From: Trichosphaerium sp. ATCC 40318
Lineage: Eukaryota > Protista > Tubulinea
Assembly: GCA_038496445.1 (NCBI GenBank)
Contig: JALMLS010000522.1
Location: forward strand, 1 to 40,614
Length of the DNA: 40,614 nucleotides
Direction: 5' to 3'
Below, in pieces: positions 1 through 11,206 of the stretch. The translations under genes and the position numbers were made by a program. The notes under the pieces are model-generated. The model saw nothing but the letters and a program-made list of their open reading frames with translations, ran no database searches and had not been told where the DNA came from. Within the stretch, counting starts at the first letter, position 1. Every line of letters starts with the position of its first letter.

Positions 1-632
1 TATATTTTAAAAGCCCTTATACCGTCTTTTGTGATATTAGAACTTCTTGAAAGACCAAGAGATTCTACACTTGCAAGAGACTTATATCCTTCATCAGTAA
101 TCAAACCACATCCATGTACATCAACTCTTAACAACCAAGAAGAAACTGCCTTTATGCCAACATCAGAGACTGCTGTATACCTGACACTAAGCACTCTTAC
201 ACCTGCTAAAGGAATTATACCTTTATCAGTAACTTGAGTATCGTTCAGCCTTATACTAAAAACACCAGCAAGAGCTTGAATGCCCTCATCTGTAATCAAT
301 TGACAACTATCAAGACTTATTGTATGTACACCTGATAGTGCCTTTAGACCCGTGTCTGTAACATCAGTACGATCAAGACAAATAGCATGAACACCAGCGA
401 GTGCTGTGATATCATCATTTGCAGTTTGCATCGTTATCTTTGTGTTTTTCAAAATAGCCTTGTATTTTTTTACAGTATTGACATCAGAAGGCTTAATTGT
501 AGCTTTATCATAACCCACAACGTTATGTATTGTGTCAGCGAGAAGCTTACACACTTGTGAAGCAATATATCGTTCTGTACCTATAAACAGTAGTATATGC
601 GCCAATATCTCAGGTGGTAGGCTTAGCATCAT
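1..632 (-). CDS. F-box + cysteine-containing LRR protein, 3' end beyond window (absent from ORF track)
   Basis: Minus-strand translation from ATG 632: MMLSLPPEILAHILLFIGTERYIASQVCKLL (F-box), then repeats such as VTDTGLKALSGVHTISLDSCQLITDEGIQALAGV. Frame is open to the window edge. Paralog of 8237-9250. Confidence 0.85.
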   Translation of the reverse strand, partial: MMLSLPPEILAHILLFIGTERYIASQVCKLLADTIHNVVGYDKATIKPSDVNTVKKYKAILKNTKITMQTANDDITALAGVHAICLDRTDVTDTGLKALSGVHTISLDSCQLITDEGIQALAGVFSIRLNDTQVTDKGIIPLAGVRVLSVRYTAVSDVGIKAVSSWLLRVDVHGCGLITDEGYKSLASVESLGLSRSSNITKDGIRAFKI

Positions 633-869
633 TCGATAGTCAAAAAGTAATAAGTAAGATCTCCTTAGAAGTCAACAGACTTCTGGGCTTGAGACGGTCG
701 ATGGCGAGGCAGAAATTCGAGTTGAGTGTGAGATTTTCGGGTGGTTACTATTACAATCGGAGTATCACCTGCTTTGATTTTTCCCAAAGCGCGTTTGGTT
801 CGACACAACTGTTTTCAACAAAAGTCTTTTTATCCTTTTTTGTGAGCACTCTAACCCGATTTACCCACT

Positions 870-2492
870 ATGGCAGCAAGAGTAAACAAGCAAATATTAC
901 TCACATCGTACGCAGAGCGCGAACCAAAAGCAACAAACTTCAAATATGTTGAAGTGGTAAGAAAGCGTATCAACTAGCGATTTAACGGTGTTTTTAGCCT
1001 GTAGAGGAGGTTGCAGATGGCAAGGTGCTTGTCAAGGTCTTGTATCTTTCATTAGACCCTTATATGCGTATTAAAATGATAGATTTCGGCGGTAAACGCG
1101 ACGGCTACTTCTAGTACGCGTTTTAAACACTTTTCATCTTTTCTTTAATTTCTCCGTTGATCCTAAAAGTTCTTCCTTAGCTCTCATCCTTTGAATACAC
1201 CTATGCTTGGCCAGGGTATAGGACAAGTTATAGAGTCGAAAAATGAAGCCTTTCCTAAAGGAACACTTGTTGTAGGCAGTTTTGGGTACACAATTCATTT
1301 TTTTTGTTCAAAAAGTGACCTCTGTAACACGTGCTAGATGGCAAATGTACGCTATTTCAGATGGATCAGTTTTACGCTGTAGATGACTCCAAAGTACCGC
1401 GTCAGCGTTCATTGGAGTGCTTGTGTATTTCTGGGTTTTTCAAGTTTTTTGGGTCTTTTTTGTTCTGACTTAACGTGTTAGGTCTTACTGGGTTTTCTGC
1501 ATGGGTAGGTATGAAGTTTATTGGCGAGCCAAAAGAGGGCGAGACGTTAGTTGTTTCTGGCGGCGCTGGAGCTGTAGGAAGCGTTGTAGGTCAGCTCGGA
1601 AAAATTAAAGGTAACGATCTTTGTTTCTTTTTTTTGGATTGTGTTACTTCTAAGCACGTGATTTGATAGGATGTCGTGTTATTGGTATTGCTGGAAGCGA
1701 TGAAAAGGTTAAATGGATGAAAGAAGTAGCTGGTTTCGATGAAGGCATGTTATTTAAAGGTTTTTTTATTTTTTTTTATTTAACGTTGGATTTCCCACGT
1801 GATACTTTGTCGGCAAAGACCTGTGTGGGTTTATTTTATATTTCCTTAATCTGACAACGACTCTTATCAAACGAGGAACACCTTAAAAAAAAAGGGCTTG
1901 ATAGCTATCATTGAAGGCTTTTTTTACATTCGAAATACGCTAACAAGCTCAAAAGGTATCAACTACAAGACCACTAAAAACTTAGCTGCAGCTATTAAAG
2001 AGCATGCACCAAAGGGAGTAGATATTTACTTTGATAACGTTGGAGGTATGTCGATCCTATAAAGGAAACAACGACCAGAAACTAATCGTTCACAAGGTGA
2101 AACTCTTGAGATAATGTTAGATCAAATGAACATGCTTGGTAGGATAGTTGCATGTGGTCAAATATCCCAGTACAACAAACCTCGTACTGAGAGTTATGGC
2201 GTCAAGAATACAATGAATATTGTTACCAAGGAACTGACATTCAAAGGTTTCTTGGCAGGTAGATACTACAAAGATCACCTTGGAAGTTTCATAAAGGTAA
2301 GTTAATCTTTGAAAACTGTTTTTTTGACATTGTTGGTTTCTTTAGCAAGCGTCTATGTGGATGGCAGAAGGAAAGCTTACGCATAAGGAAACTGTTGTAG
2401 ATGGTATAGAGAATGCACCAGAAGCTTTTCAAAGATTATTTGAAGGAAACAAGTTCGGTAAACTTGTAATTAACATTTCTCAGAAAGAATAA
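870..2492 (+). CDS. NADP-dependent oxidoreductase, MDR superfamily (PTGR1/CurA-like), multi-exon; one exon carries apparent lesions
   Basis: Spliced translation: MAARVNKQILL...VLVKVLYLSLDPYMR...GLTGFSAWVG...[34 protein letters not shown]...GVDIYFDNVGG...GRIVACGQISQYN...ENAPEAFQRLFEGNKFGKLVINISQKE*. In-frame TGA at 1384-1386 (see findings). Confidence 0.9.
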
Positions 2493-2706
2493 AAATGCAC
2501 ATTTCCGTTTTTCGTTTGTCTTGCTTACATTGCCGAAAAGATTCAGTATTAACTGCAACTATACTAGTTCACTCCTCCAACAGTTATTAAGTGGCAAAGG
2601 AGTCAAGAGAGGAATCACAAGGTAGTAGTTATCAACATTGCTTACACTCGAAACAATAAGGATAGGAGTTTGGGGTGCAATTGCACAGATTTATTCATAG
2701 ATAATT

Positions 2707-3481
2707 CTAAGGGCACGTGACTGAAGCGCATTGCATTCGCCATATTCTGTCTCCCAAAGGTCCAGGCATACTAGATGAAAATATCAGCTTAATCAAACGA
2801 GCTTCCTTCTGTGTAACGTACCCCCAGACTGTTTGAAATCCAGTAACAAACGGTGTAGCTGCAGGACATACGACGTCGCCTGTACCATAGAATCCTGGAG
2901 TTATGTCAAACATTGCTAGAGTAAAGTTAGATAGGTGTGTTCTAAAACTAGATAACATACAGATCCATGTTCTTCCAGTTGTACTGCATGCAGCTGTTGC
3001 ACGCCTCCTGAAGGTTAAACATGAGAATCTCAGTATTGGAAGTAACTATTTAAGGTACCTGCATCTTAGTGTGAAGGTTCTGTCATTACCTACCCACGTC
3101 CCACCAATTATATCTAGTGTTATTGGTTAACCTAAAATACAACAAACCTTCTAGTACCATCAATGGCATGACCGTCAGGGCAAGTGAAGAGAAAGTTATT
3201 GGTTAAAACAGAGGTAAAAGACAATGAAGGTCCTGAAAACACAACTCCATTTTCAAAGCATCTCCAAGCGAAGCGCCTTGGTTGCCCAAGAGTATATGTC
3301 CTAGCGCCAGCCATAGCACCAATGGGACACGTGCGCTGCCAAGCATTAAGCGGTGGCGTTGTTAGACCTGGTGCGAAGTAAACTATAGCGTAACTGGTCC
3401 TTTGAGAACAGTTATAGGGCGAAATCAACTTTGGACTTACGAAACGCAAACAAGAAGAGAAAGTACGTTAATGAGGTGCAT
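2707..3481 (-). CDS. Small secreted Cys-repeat protein, dermatopontin/amebocyte-aggregation-factor-like, multi-exon
   Basis: Spliced model begins with signal peptide MHLINVLSLLVCVSTSYA. Three repeats follow, each with CP near the start and (D/R)R-x-(W/F)-x-x-x-C at the end: TCPIG...RRFAWRC, FTCPDGH...DRTFTLRC, VCPAA...DRIWRMQC. Family call is by motif resemblance. Confidence 0.6.
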
Positions 3482-4288
3482 TTCTCGCAATAAATTGTCG
3501 TTATTGTTTTAAAACCACGTGATGTTCACGTGAATTCGCTAACCGTTTGTTAACCTGCTAACAAACTGTTTAATCAGTGTTTGGTATGCCACAGCTATTT
3601 CAACCGTTTGTGGCTTTTCATTGAAGTGGCATAATATAAAGACATCAACTTGCTTCTTGGCTAAAAACTTAAGTTCAAGACGTTACAGTACTAAGGTACA
3701 AATAGATGTGGTTTTGAATTCGTGCGATGTAAAGAAGAAAAATTCATGCGGCTTTGGATTCGGTATGAAAGGAAGTGCCAAAAGGTTAGGCCCAAAAGTT
3801 GGCGGAGACGTCAAGGTCCATCATACCAACCTGACAACTTGAAAATAAATAGTGCAGATTGTTTTCACAACAACAAGAAACTATGACTGGCATCGCCATG
3901 ATCAACTATAGTAAACGTTGATAGATAAGATATAGGTGGGGTTCATACCGGCGCTACAACGTCATTGTACTTGGACATATAAAAAGTCCACAAGCAATTT
4001 GGCTTTTAGTTTGTTTCTCTTCCAAAAACATAAGCTTGGTTATGCATAAAATTAGAGTTTTCTTAGTGACGATTTGGTCGGCAACGTCCTGTAAAACCGC
4101 CAATTACGTACCATTTCTTAGTACAACAAAAGAGTGTAAGTGATTGTATGCTTAGAAAACTCAAAATTTTATACCTGTCAAAAAATGTCCGTTTTAAATG
4201 AAACCCGACATGTACTAGTGTTGTCACTCTTAGTGTATCTGTTTACTGTGCTTGACTTTGTGGTTTGACTGGTTTGTTTTGTACATAC

Positions 4289-6266
4289 ATGCGCGAAATC
4301 ATAAGTATTCAGGTTGGTAAATGTGGAAATCACATCGGACAGAAATTTTGGGAGAATGTAAACGAAGAACACGGAATTAGCGTAAACGGCCATTGTACAG
4401 GTTCAGACGTACAAAAATCCAACTTAGAGGTGTATTATAACAATAACAACGCAAATCGATACGTTCCAAGAGCAATTCTCGTAGATTTTGGTTAGCAGCT
4501 TCAAAAGTAGCCCTATAGTTATCTCATACGCTCGTTAGGACCTAGCGCGTTAGATGAGGTCCGATCGAGTGCGATAGGACGTTGCTTCAATCCACAGAAT
4601 TTTATACATAGCGCACAGACCAGAACAGGTACAAACACACTTTTTAAGACTTGTTTTGCTTTTTCTTCATAAAGCACGTGATAAGTTTTTTCGTTGTACC
4701 ATTAACCTAAGCTTTCTAGGTGGTGTATGGGCTTCAGGATATTATGTACGTTGTAGTTGTAGGAATACAATTTATAGTTGCCTTGTACAAGTTTCAGACA
4801 TCGGTGACAATTGTAGCTGCACTTCCATGACTACAATGAACTTATACGTTGTAACATTGAAATAGAATGATGGAGGAGAGCTGGTTGATGATGTTATTGA
4901 GGCAGTAAGACGAGAAGCAGAAGCTTGTGAGAGCCTTGAAGGATTTCAATTTTGTCACTCTACCTGTGGTGGTACAGGATCAGGTATGATGATACATAAA
5001 ACAACAAAGCCATACTTTACGTGTACAATTAACTTGACAAAGGGATTGGAACTCTGATTATGAGTAAACTGAAGGAAGAATATTGTGATAAGATGGTTGT
5101 TTCCTTCTCCTCGATGATAGCGCCTGACATGCATGCATCACAAGTTACTGAGGCATATAATGTGTATGCTTGTTAGGGTGTATAACTTGATTTAACATTA
5201 TTTGCCTTAGTGTTCTTTCAATACAGCAACTTGCAGAAAACGCTGATTTAGTTGTTTGTTTTGACAATGATGCTTTATTTAAAGTTTGCTCTAGACACAT
5301 TAACCCAAAAGATATTAACTTTAAGGATATGAATCACGTCGCAGCTTCTTTAATGAGCAATATCACATGTAGCTTAAGGTTTCCAGGTACACCACATAGT
5401 GTAATTATTAATTTTGTAAATGTGCTTTTGTAGGTTCAATGAAAACTGGGTTAAGAAGGATTGCAACAAACTTGACACCCTTCCGAAAGCTTCAATTTTG
5501 TATAGCGAATCATGTATCATTTCCACTATCAAAAATAGGTTCTTTAAAAGTAAATGCTCTACCTCAATTAGTACACGAAGCCTTCCAGGCACGTCAAAAC
5601 ATCATGACATTTTGAGTTGAAATGCTAACACCTGTTAGCCACAAAACTCTACAACTTGTTGTGACCCTATACAGGGGAAGTACTTGGCAGCTTATGCTAT
5701 TTTCAGAGGGTATGGTTGCTATTTTAATGTCACTATTTAAGATGTTGTGTAGGAAGACAATAAGTGTTTGTGAAGCAGAAAATCATATTTCAAACTTTCA
5801 TAAAAAGAATAGTAAGACGTTTGTTGAATGGATTCCAGACAACATTACAACATCTCACTGTAATATAACTAGCCCTGGTATGCTTCTATTTGTTTATTTA
5901 TTCCTATCTCACCTTCATAAACAAATAGGTGACGCTATGAGCTGTACTTTATTCGGAAACTCAACAGCTATACAAACACTCTTCAAAAAAACAACCAAAC
6001 ACTTTGATGCTCTTTATAGAAGAAACGCTTTTATACATTGGTACGAAGGTACGTGTTTAACACTTTTCTCTCAACTAAATACCTTGTTTTACTTTGCAAT
6101 AGATTTTGGTATACAAAAAGAAGAATTCAACGAAGCACGAGCAACCTTAAACGACTTAATAAATTACTACCAAATGTATCAAGAAGTAAAGTCACATACC
6201 TCACAGGATATAGAAGATGAAGCGCATGAATATGATCAAGTTTGTAATACCAAAGAATCACAATAA
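4289..6266 (+). CDS. TUBB: Highly divergent beta-tubulin, intron-rich
   Basis: MREI start, [99 protein letters not shown]...[10 protein letters not shown]. Exons join in frame. Confidence 0.9.
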
Positions 6267-6585
6267 ACTCATGCTATTGTACAGCCAAGGCGATTTCATC
6301 AATAGTCACACCAATTTCGTGGAGTTTTGACTTCACGGTGTTTGAGTTCAAAGCTAAATGGTTTGAAGTCAACTTACGTCGATTCATTAACAGTACATGC
6401 ACGTGCTACAACTATATAGACTTTTATGGCTTTTGTGATTAATATAGCTGTCTTGAAAGTGTAGCTGGAAACAACTACAAAATACAAACTCTTTCGAAAT
6501 AGACATTTGACTATTTGTCCATTTATTTAACAGCATCAAAACGTTATCATGTATATTGTTTACATGGCGTTTAATGTACAAAGAA

Positions 6586-7893
6586 TTAATTACATTGAGC
6601 ACCCAATGCAACAACAGCAGCTTTTGTACACTTTGTACCAACAATAAAAACTCTAAAAGCTCCTTCAAGAGCTGATATCCCTTTGTCTGTCACAAGAGAG
6701 CACCCCATTAATCTTATTGTATGAACACCCGCAAGAGCCCTTATTCCTCTATCTGTTATCTTGGTACACTTAACTAAGGATATCTCATGTACACCAGCAA
6801 GATGAATAACACCTTCATCTGTGATTTCGCTACAATCATTCAAGTAAATAGTATGCACTCCTGCAAGTGATTTCAATCCGTTATCAGTTACACCTTTACA
6901 CCAACTCAAATCTATTTTGTGTACCCCTGATAAACATCCAAGCCATGAGTCTTGTATGGTTAAACGCTTCAAAGAGATGGTGTGAATACCAGCAGAAAAG
7001 GCTGATATTGAAGCAAGAGTTATTTCTTGACACCCACTCAAGTCGAGTACACTTGCACCAACAAGAGGTGTGATATCTTCATCTTTTACAGTCAAATCGG
7101 TTAAGATGATAGTATTTACACCTGATAGTTGTTTTAAATGTTCAACAGACACAAAGTCGCATTCAGAAATGTCAATTGTGTGAAGACACATTTCACCTGT
7201 TCTATTTTTAGGTGTAGTCAAGTATTCAAAACAAGAACCATCAATGCCGAAACAACTAGACATAAGTATTGTGTGAGCTCCAGCAAGTACTTTTACACCA
7301 TTGTCAGTAAAGTTGCAAGAGCTGATATTTATAGTATGGACACCAGCAAGACATTTTAATCCTTCATCTGTGCAACGATAACAACCCGAAATATTTACCT
7401 TGTAAGCACCTGAAATAGCATCCAATGAATCATCTGTCAAATTACCTATACAGCCTATATCTATGGTATGTACACCTGACAAGAATTGTATACCTTTATC
7501 TGTAATACGCTTACATATGTATATATCTATTTCAGCAACACCAGCGAGTGCCCGAAGGCACTTATCAGTCACTGCCAAGCACCTTATTGATAATTTTTTA
7601 ACACCCGCCAATGAACTTATTTCCTCGTCTGACGCCTTATATTTCGTTACTGACACAAGAGTATTGTCCAACAGCGATTTTTTCTTGATTAAACGCTTTA
7701 AGGACTCCGATGACCTTATATCTATTAAACCGTAACCAACGTGTCTGTGGATAATGTCATAGAACAGCCAACAAGTCTGAGCGACTGGATAGCGTGTTTT
7801 ATTCGGAGTGTACTCAAAAATGCTAACAATGAGCTCTGTTGCTATTGTTTCAAGGAAGCAAGGATTTGTGCCATTATAGTGTACACTAGCCAT
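6586..7893 (-). CDS. F-box + LRR protein, intronless
   Basis: First ATG (MASVHY) at 7893. F-box-like FLETIATELIVSIFEY...VAQTCWLF, then many ~24-25 aa repeats (ITDxGxxxLAGVHTIxLxxC). Confidence 0.88.
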   Translation of the reverse strand: MASVHYNGTNPCFLETIATELIVSIFEYTPNKTRYPVAQTCWLFYDIIHRHVGYGLIDIRSSESLKRLIKKKSLLDNTLVSVTKYKASDEEISSLAGVKKLSIRCLAVTDKCLRALAGVAEIDIYICKRITDKGIQFLSGVHTIDIGCIGNLTDDSLDAISGAYKVNISGCYRCTDEGLKCLAGVHTINISSCNFTDNGVKVLAGAHTILMSSCFGIDGSCFEYLTTPKNRTGEMCLHTIDISECDFVSVEHLKQLSGVNTIILTDLTVKDEDITPLVGASVLDLSGCQEITLASISAFSAGIHTISLKRLTIQDSWLGCLSGVHKIDLSWCKGVTDNGLKSLAGVHTIYLNDCSEITDEGVIHLAGVHEISLVKCTKITDRGIRALAGVHTIRLMGCSLVTDKGISALEGAFRVFIVGTKCTKAAVVALGAQCN

Positions 7894-8236
7894 TACCGCA
7901 GAGTAATAATCGGAATAGTGATTTGTAGGTTGCCTTAATGAACTAGTTAAGGACAGGAAACAAGTGCATTTAAACCTAGAGTGGGCGCTCAACTGCAATC
8001 TGCTGTCTCATTCAAATACAATTGGCTACACCCGCGAATCAGATGCCAAAAACTACAATACTGTACAAATGTTACCAATCATTGTACTATGTGCTTAATC
8101 AACAAGTTCACGTGAGTTTTCAAAAATTTGAAAAAAAATACCAAACAGTTTGTTGTTGTTGGTAATTTATTATTTGACTCTAACTAACTACTCCTGGTTT
8201 ACTATTTTGTTTACAAAAAAAATACTGTACGACTTT

Positions 8237-9250
8237 TCAGAACACATAGCAAGTACTTCTCAATGAGTTCACACATTGGACTGTAACAGCAGTATCATCA
8301 AGTGATATTACTGCAACACCTATGAGTGATTTGACACCTTCATCCGTTATGCCTTTACAGCTGGTAAGAAGAATGGTATGAACACCAGAAAGAGCTTTGA
8401 GACCTTCATCTGTAACTGACGTTCCAGAAAGACCAATAGTGTGAACGCCAGCAAGTGCTTTGACACCTTCATCTGTTATTGAAGTATAATGGAGGTAAAT
8501 AGTATGAACTCCAGCAAGTGCTTTAACCCCTTCATCTGTAACAGGAGTTCCAATGAGGATAATATCATAAACGCCTTTTAGTGCTACAATACTTTCATGT
8601 GTTACTTTAGTGTATCTGAGGTTTATAGAGTGAACACCAGCAAGTGTGGATACGTCAGTTACTTGAGTATCAGCGAGGTTTATGCTATAAACTCCAGTAA
8701 GATATTTGACACATTCATTTGTTACTGATGTGCCAGAAAGATCAATGGTATGAACACCAGATAGAGCTTTGACACCTTCATCTGTTATTAAAGTGCCACA
8801 AAGACTGATTGTATGAACACCACAGAGAGCTTGTATACCTTCGTCAGTTATGTTCATGCACTTTTCAAGTCTAATCTTTTGAACTCCAGCAAGAGATTTA
8901 ATACATTCATCTGTTACGGGAGTGTCAATAAGATCAATGGCATGAACACCAGAAAACTGTTTGACAACAGCATCATAATCTTCAAAAGCTGTAAGTTTGA
9001 CTATGGTATGTCGTAGAGTGGCCCGATGTTTTAATAGTGCAGTTGCTTGTTCAGTATTCTTAATGGTAACTCTTTCATATCCAACAACGTCATGAATGAT
9101 AGAAGCAAGAAGAAAGCACGTTTGTGCAGCTGCGAACCGTGCTTTTGTGACGTTTCGTAAAATATGCGCTAAAATCTCGACAGGAAGGTCTAAAAGGCTC
9201 GTTGGTGCGGCGGGATGTATTGGAGCTAATTCTACAATTTCTTTTGACAT
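8237..9250 (-). CDS. F-box + LRR protein, intronless
   Basis: LLDLPVEILAHILRNV...AAQTCFLL F-box; regular 24-aa repeats VTDEGVKALAGVHTIxLxxT. Confidence 0.92.
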   Translation of the reverse strand: MSKEIVELAPIHPAAPTSLLDLPVEILAHILRNVTKARFAAAQTCFLLASIIHDVVGYERVTIKNTEQATALLKHRATLRHTIVKLTAFEDYDAVVKQFSGVHAIDLIDTPVTDECIKSLAGVQKIRLEKCMNITDEGIQALCGVHTISLCGTLITDEGVKALSGVHTIDLSGTSVTNECVKYLTGVYSINLADTQVTDVSTLAGVHSINLRYTKVTHESIVALKGVYDIILIGTPVTDEGVKALAGVHTIYLHYTSITDEGVKALAGVHTIGLSGTSVTDEGLKALSGVHTILLTSCKGITDEGVKSLIGVAVISLDDTAVTVQCVNSLRSTCYVF

Positions 9251-9628
9251 TGCGTTGTATGAGCGCCACGAGATGCTATTAAGGTAGAAGCGTTAAGGAG
9301 GTATGATGTTTTGATAATGCAGCCTGTACTTAACGTATTGAAATATCCAGACAATGTCGTATGTTGCAGCGCTAAGACTTCTTGTTAAAAGGCCACTCCG
9401 ATTTGTAGCACGTGACTTGGTCAAATCCGTAGAAATATTCTGTTATTAGTAAGCACATTTATAATATAAATCAACCTAAGGTACAAGGATATCACATACT
9501 CCATGGCATACACAATGAAAAAATGGATTTATGTTACTACACTATCATGTCTTTGAGTGAATAAAGAATTTGACCTTGATGAAAAGATTTAATGGACAAA
9601 ATAATAAAGCTAGCTACAAACGGATTGT

Positions 9629-10972
9629 TTAAAACAATCTTGGCCAAAAGTCTATGCAAGTCTTACTAGTTTTGCATCCTAGGTGTTTAACCATTCTTTG
9701 TGTTATTTGTGTACCAGGACAGTAAATATAAGTAAGGCATGTTAAATTAATGACACCGTTATCTGTGATTTGGTTGCAGTCTTTTAGATCAATTTTTCTA
9801 ACACCAATAAGACTGTTAACTCCTTTGTCAGATATCAATTTACAACCACAAAGGCTTATGCATTTAACACCAACCAAGTATTGTAAACCTTTATCTGTCA
9901 CAAGTGTATCATCAAGAAATATTGTATGCACCCCAGCAAGTGCTTTTAAAGTACTATCGTCAACACAATCTATATCTGAAATATCAATTACTTTTACTCC
10001 TGCCAATTGTTTTATCACATCATTTATAACTGACTTACAACCAGCAAAGTCAATATGCTGTACACCTGCAAAACATGACAGAGTATCACTTTGTAGTTGT
10101 ATACAATTGTAAAGCTCTATCCAAGGTATACCAGCCAAAAGGTTAAACGTGTTGTTTGATATTTGAGTGCAGTGGCTGAGACTAATTTTTTTGATGTTCT
10201 TTGTGATTTGATTTTGTGTTAACAAATACTTTACTCCTTCATCAGTAATGCCTGTACAGCTATCAAATGATATTTCACATGCTGTTGTTGTTAGCGCTTT
10301 TATACTATCATCTGTAATATCACATCCACCAACATGAATCTTGTAAACGCCATCTGAAATGGCAATAACACCTTTGTCTCTTATATTGTTACAGCAATGT
10401 AAATTAATAGAGTGTACTCCAGAGAGTGCTGCAAGTCCACTGTCCGTTATACCAGTCCCTGAAAGGTTGATTGTATGAATACCAGCTAGTTGTTGAAGCC
10501 ACTCATCAGAACAATATGCCCATGATAAGTCTAGTGTGTGAATGCCATGAAGTGATTTAATTCCCAAACTTGTCACCTTTCTACTATATTCCAGTATAGA
10601 TAGTTTCAAATGATGTACACCTGAAATATGGCCTAACATAACATCTGTTACTGGAATCTGAGAACCTATTTCAAGGTGATAGACACCAGAGATACTTTTA
10701 AAGTCATCAGCAATTGTATTAATACCATCTATAACTATTTTTGTATTTTTTAAAAGAGGGCTTTTGTTCAGTTTGAGCAGATCCTCTCTTGACTTCACGT
10801 TCACCGTGAAAAACCCTAAATGTTCCAAAATGATTGTAGAAAACAGTTTACATACAAATGTCGCAGATATACGGCATTTCTTGCCCAATAGCACCAAAAT
10901 ACAAAATATAAGTTCTGTAGGCAGCCAAAGCAATTCAAATGGCCTATGAATGTGTTTTAGACGATATTTCAT
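9629..10972 (-). CDS. F-box + LRR protein, intronless
   Basis: First ATG (MKYRLK) at 10972. LLWLPTELIFCILVLL...VCKLF F-box followed by LRR repeats of the same family. Confidence 0.88.
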   Translation of the reverse strand: MKYRLKHIHRPFELLWLPTELIFCILVLLGKKCRISATFVCKLFSTIILEHLGFFTVNVKSREDLLKLNKSPLLKNTKIVIDGINTIADDFKSISGVYHLEIGSQIPVTDVMLGHISGVHHLKLSILEYSRKVTSLGIKSLHGIHTLDLSWAYCSDEWLQQLAGIHTINLSGTGITDSGLAALSGVHSINLHCCNNIRDKGVIAISDGVYKIHVGGCDITDDSIKALTTTACEISFDSCTGITDEGVKYLLTQNQITKNIKKISLSHCTQISNNTFNLLAGIPWIELYNCIQLQSDTLSCFAGVQHIDFAGCKSVINDVIKQLAGVKVIDISDIDCVDDSTLKALAGVHTIFLDDTLVTDKGLQYLVGVKCISLCGCKLISDKGVNSLIGVRKIDLKDCNQITDNGVINLTCLTYIYCPGTQITQRMVKHLGCKTSKTCIDFWPRLF

Positions 10973-11206
10973 TTTTAGGTATAAGCGAGATTCTGTCCTA
11001 TTATTGTTCAAAAACGTACGTAGCAAGATCTGCAGAAGTACGAAGCATGTTCACTACGGGTTGAGTTCGTATTTTTTGTCAATAAAAAGTAGACTTATTC
11101 CAAAAAATTATCACGTGGGTACCTCTGATTGCGCTAAGCCAGTATACAAAATTATGAACTCAATTTCCACGTGACTAACGATTGCGTCAAACTACTGTTG
11201 GTTGTT

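Noticed and set aside
6867-10949. Plus-strand ORFs overlapping the LRR genes (likewise antisense ORFs over the homeobox and transposase genes)
   Set aside because: Antisense or alternate-frame shadows of repetitive coding sequence with no motifs of their own.
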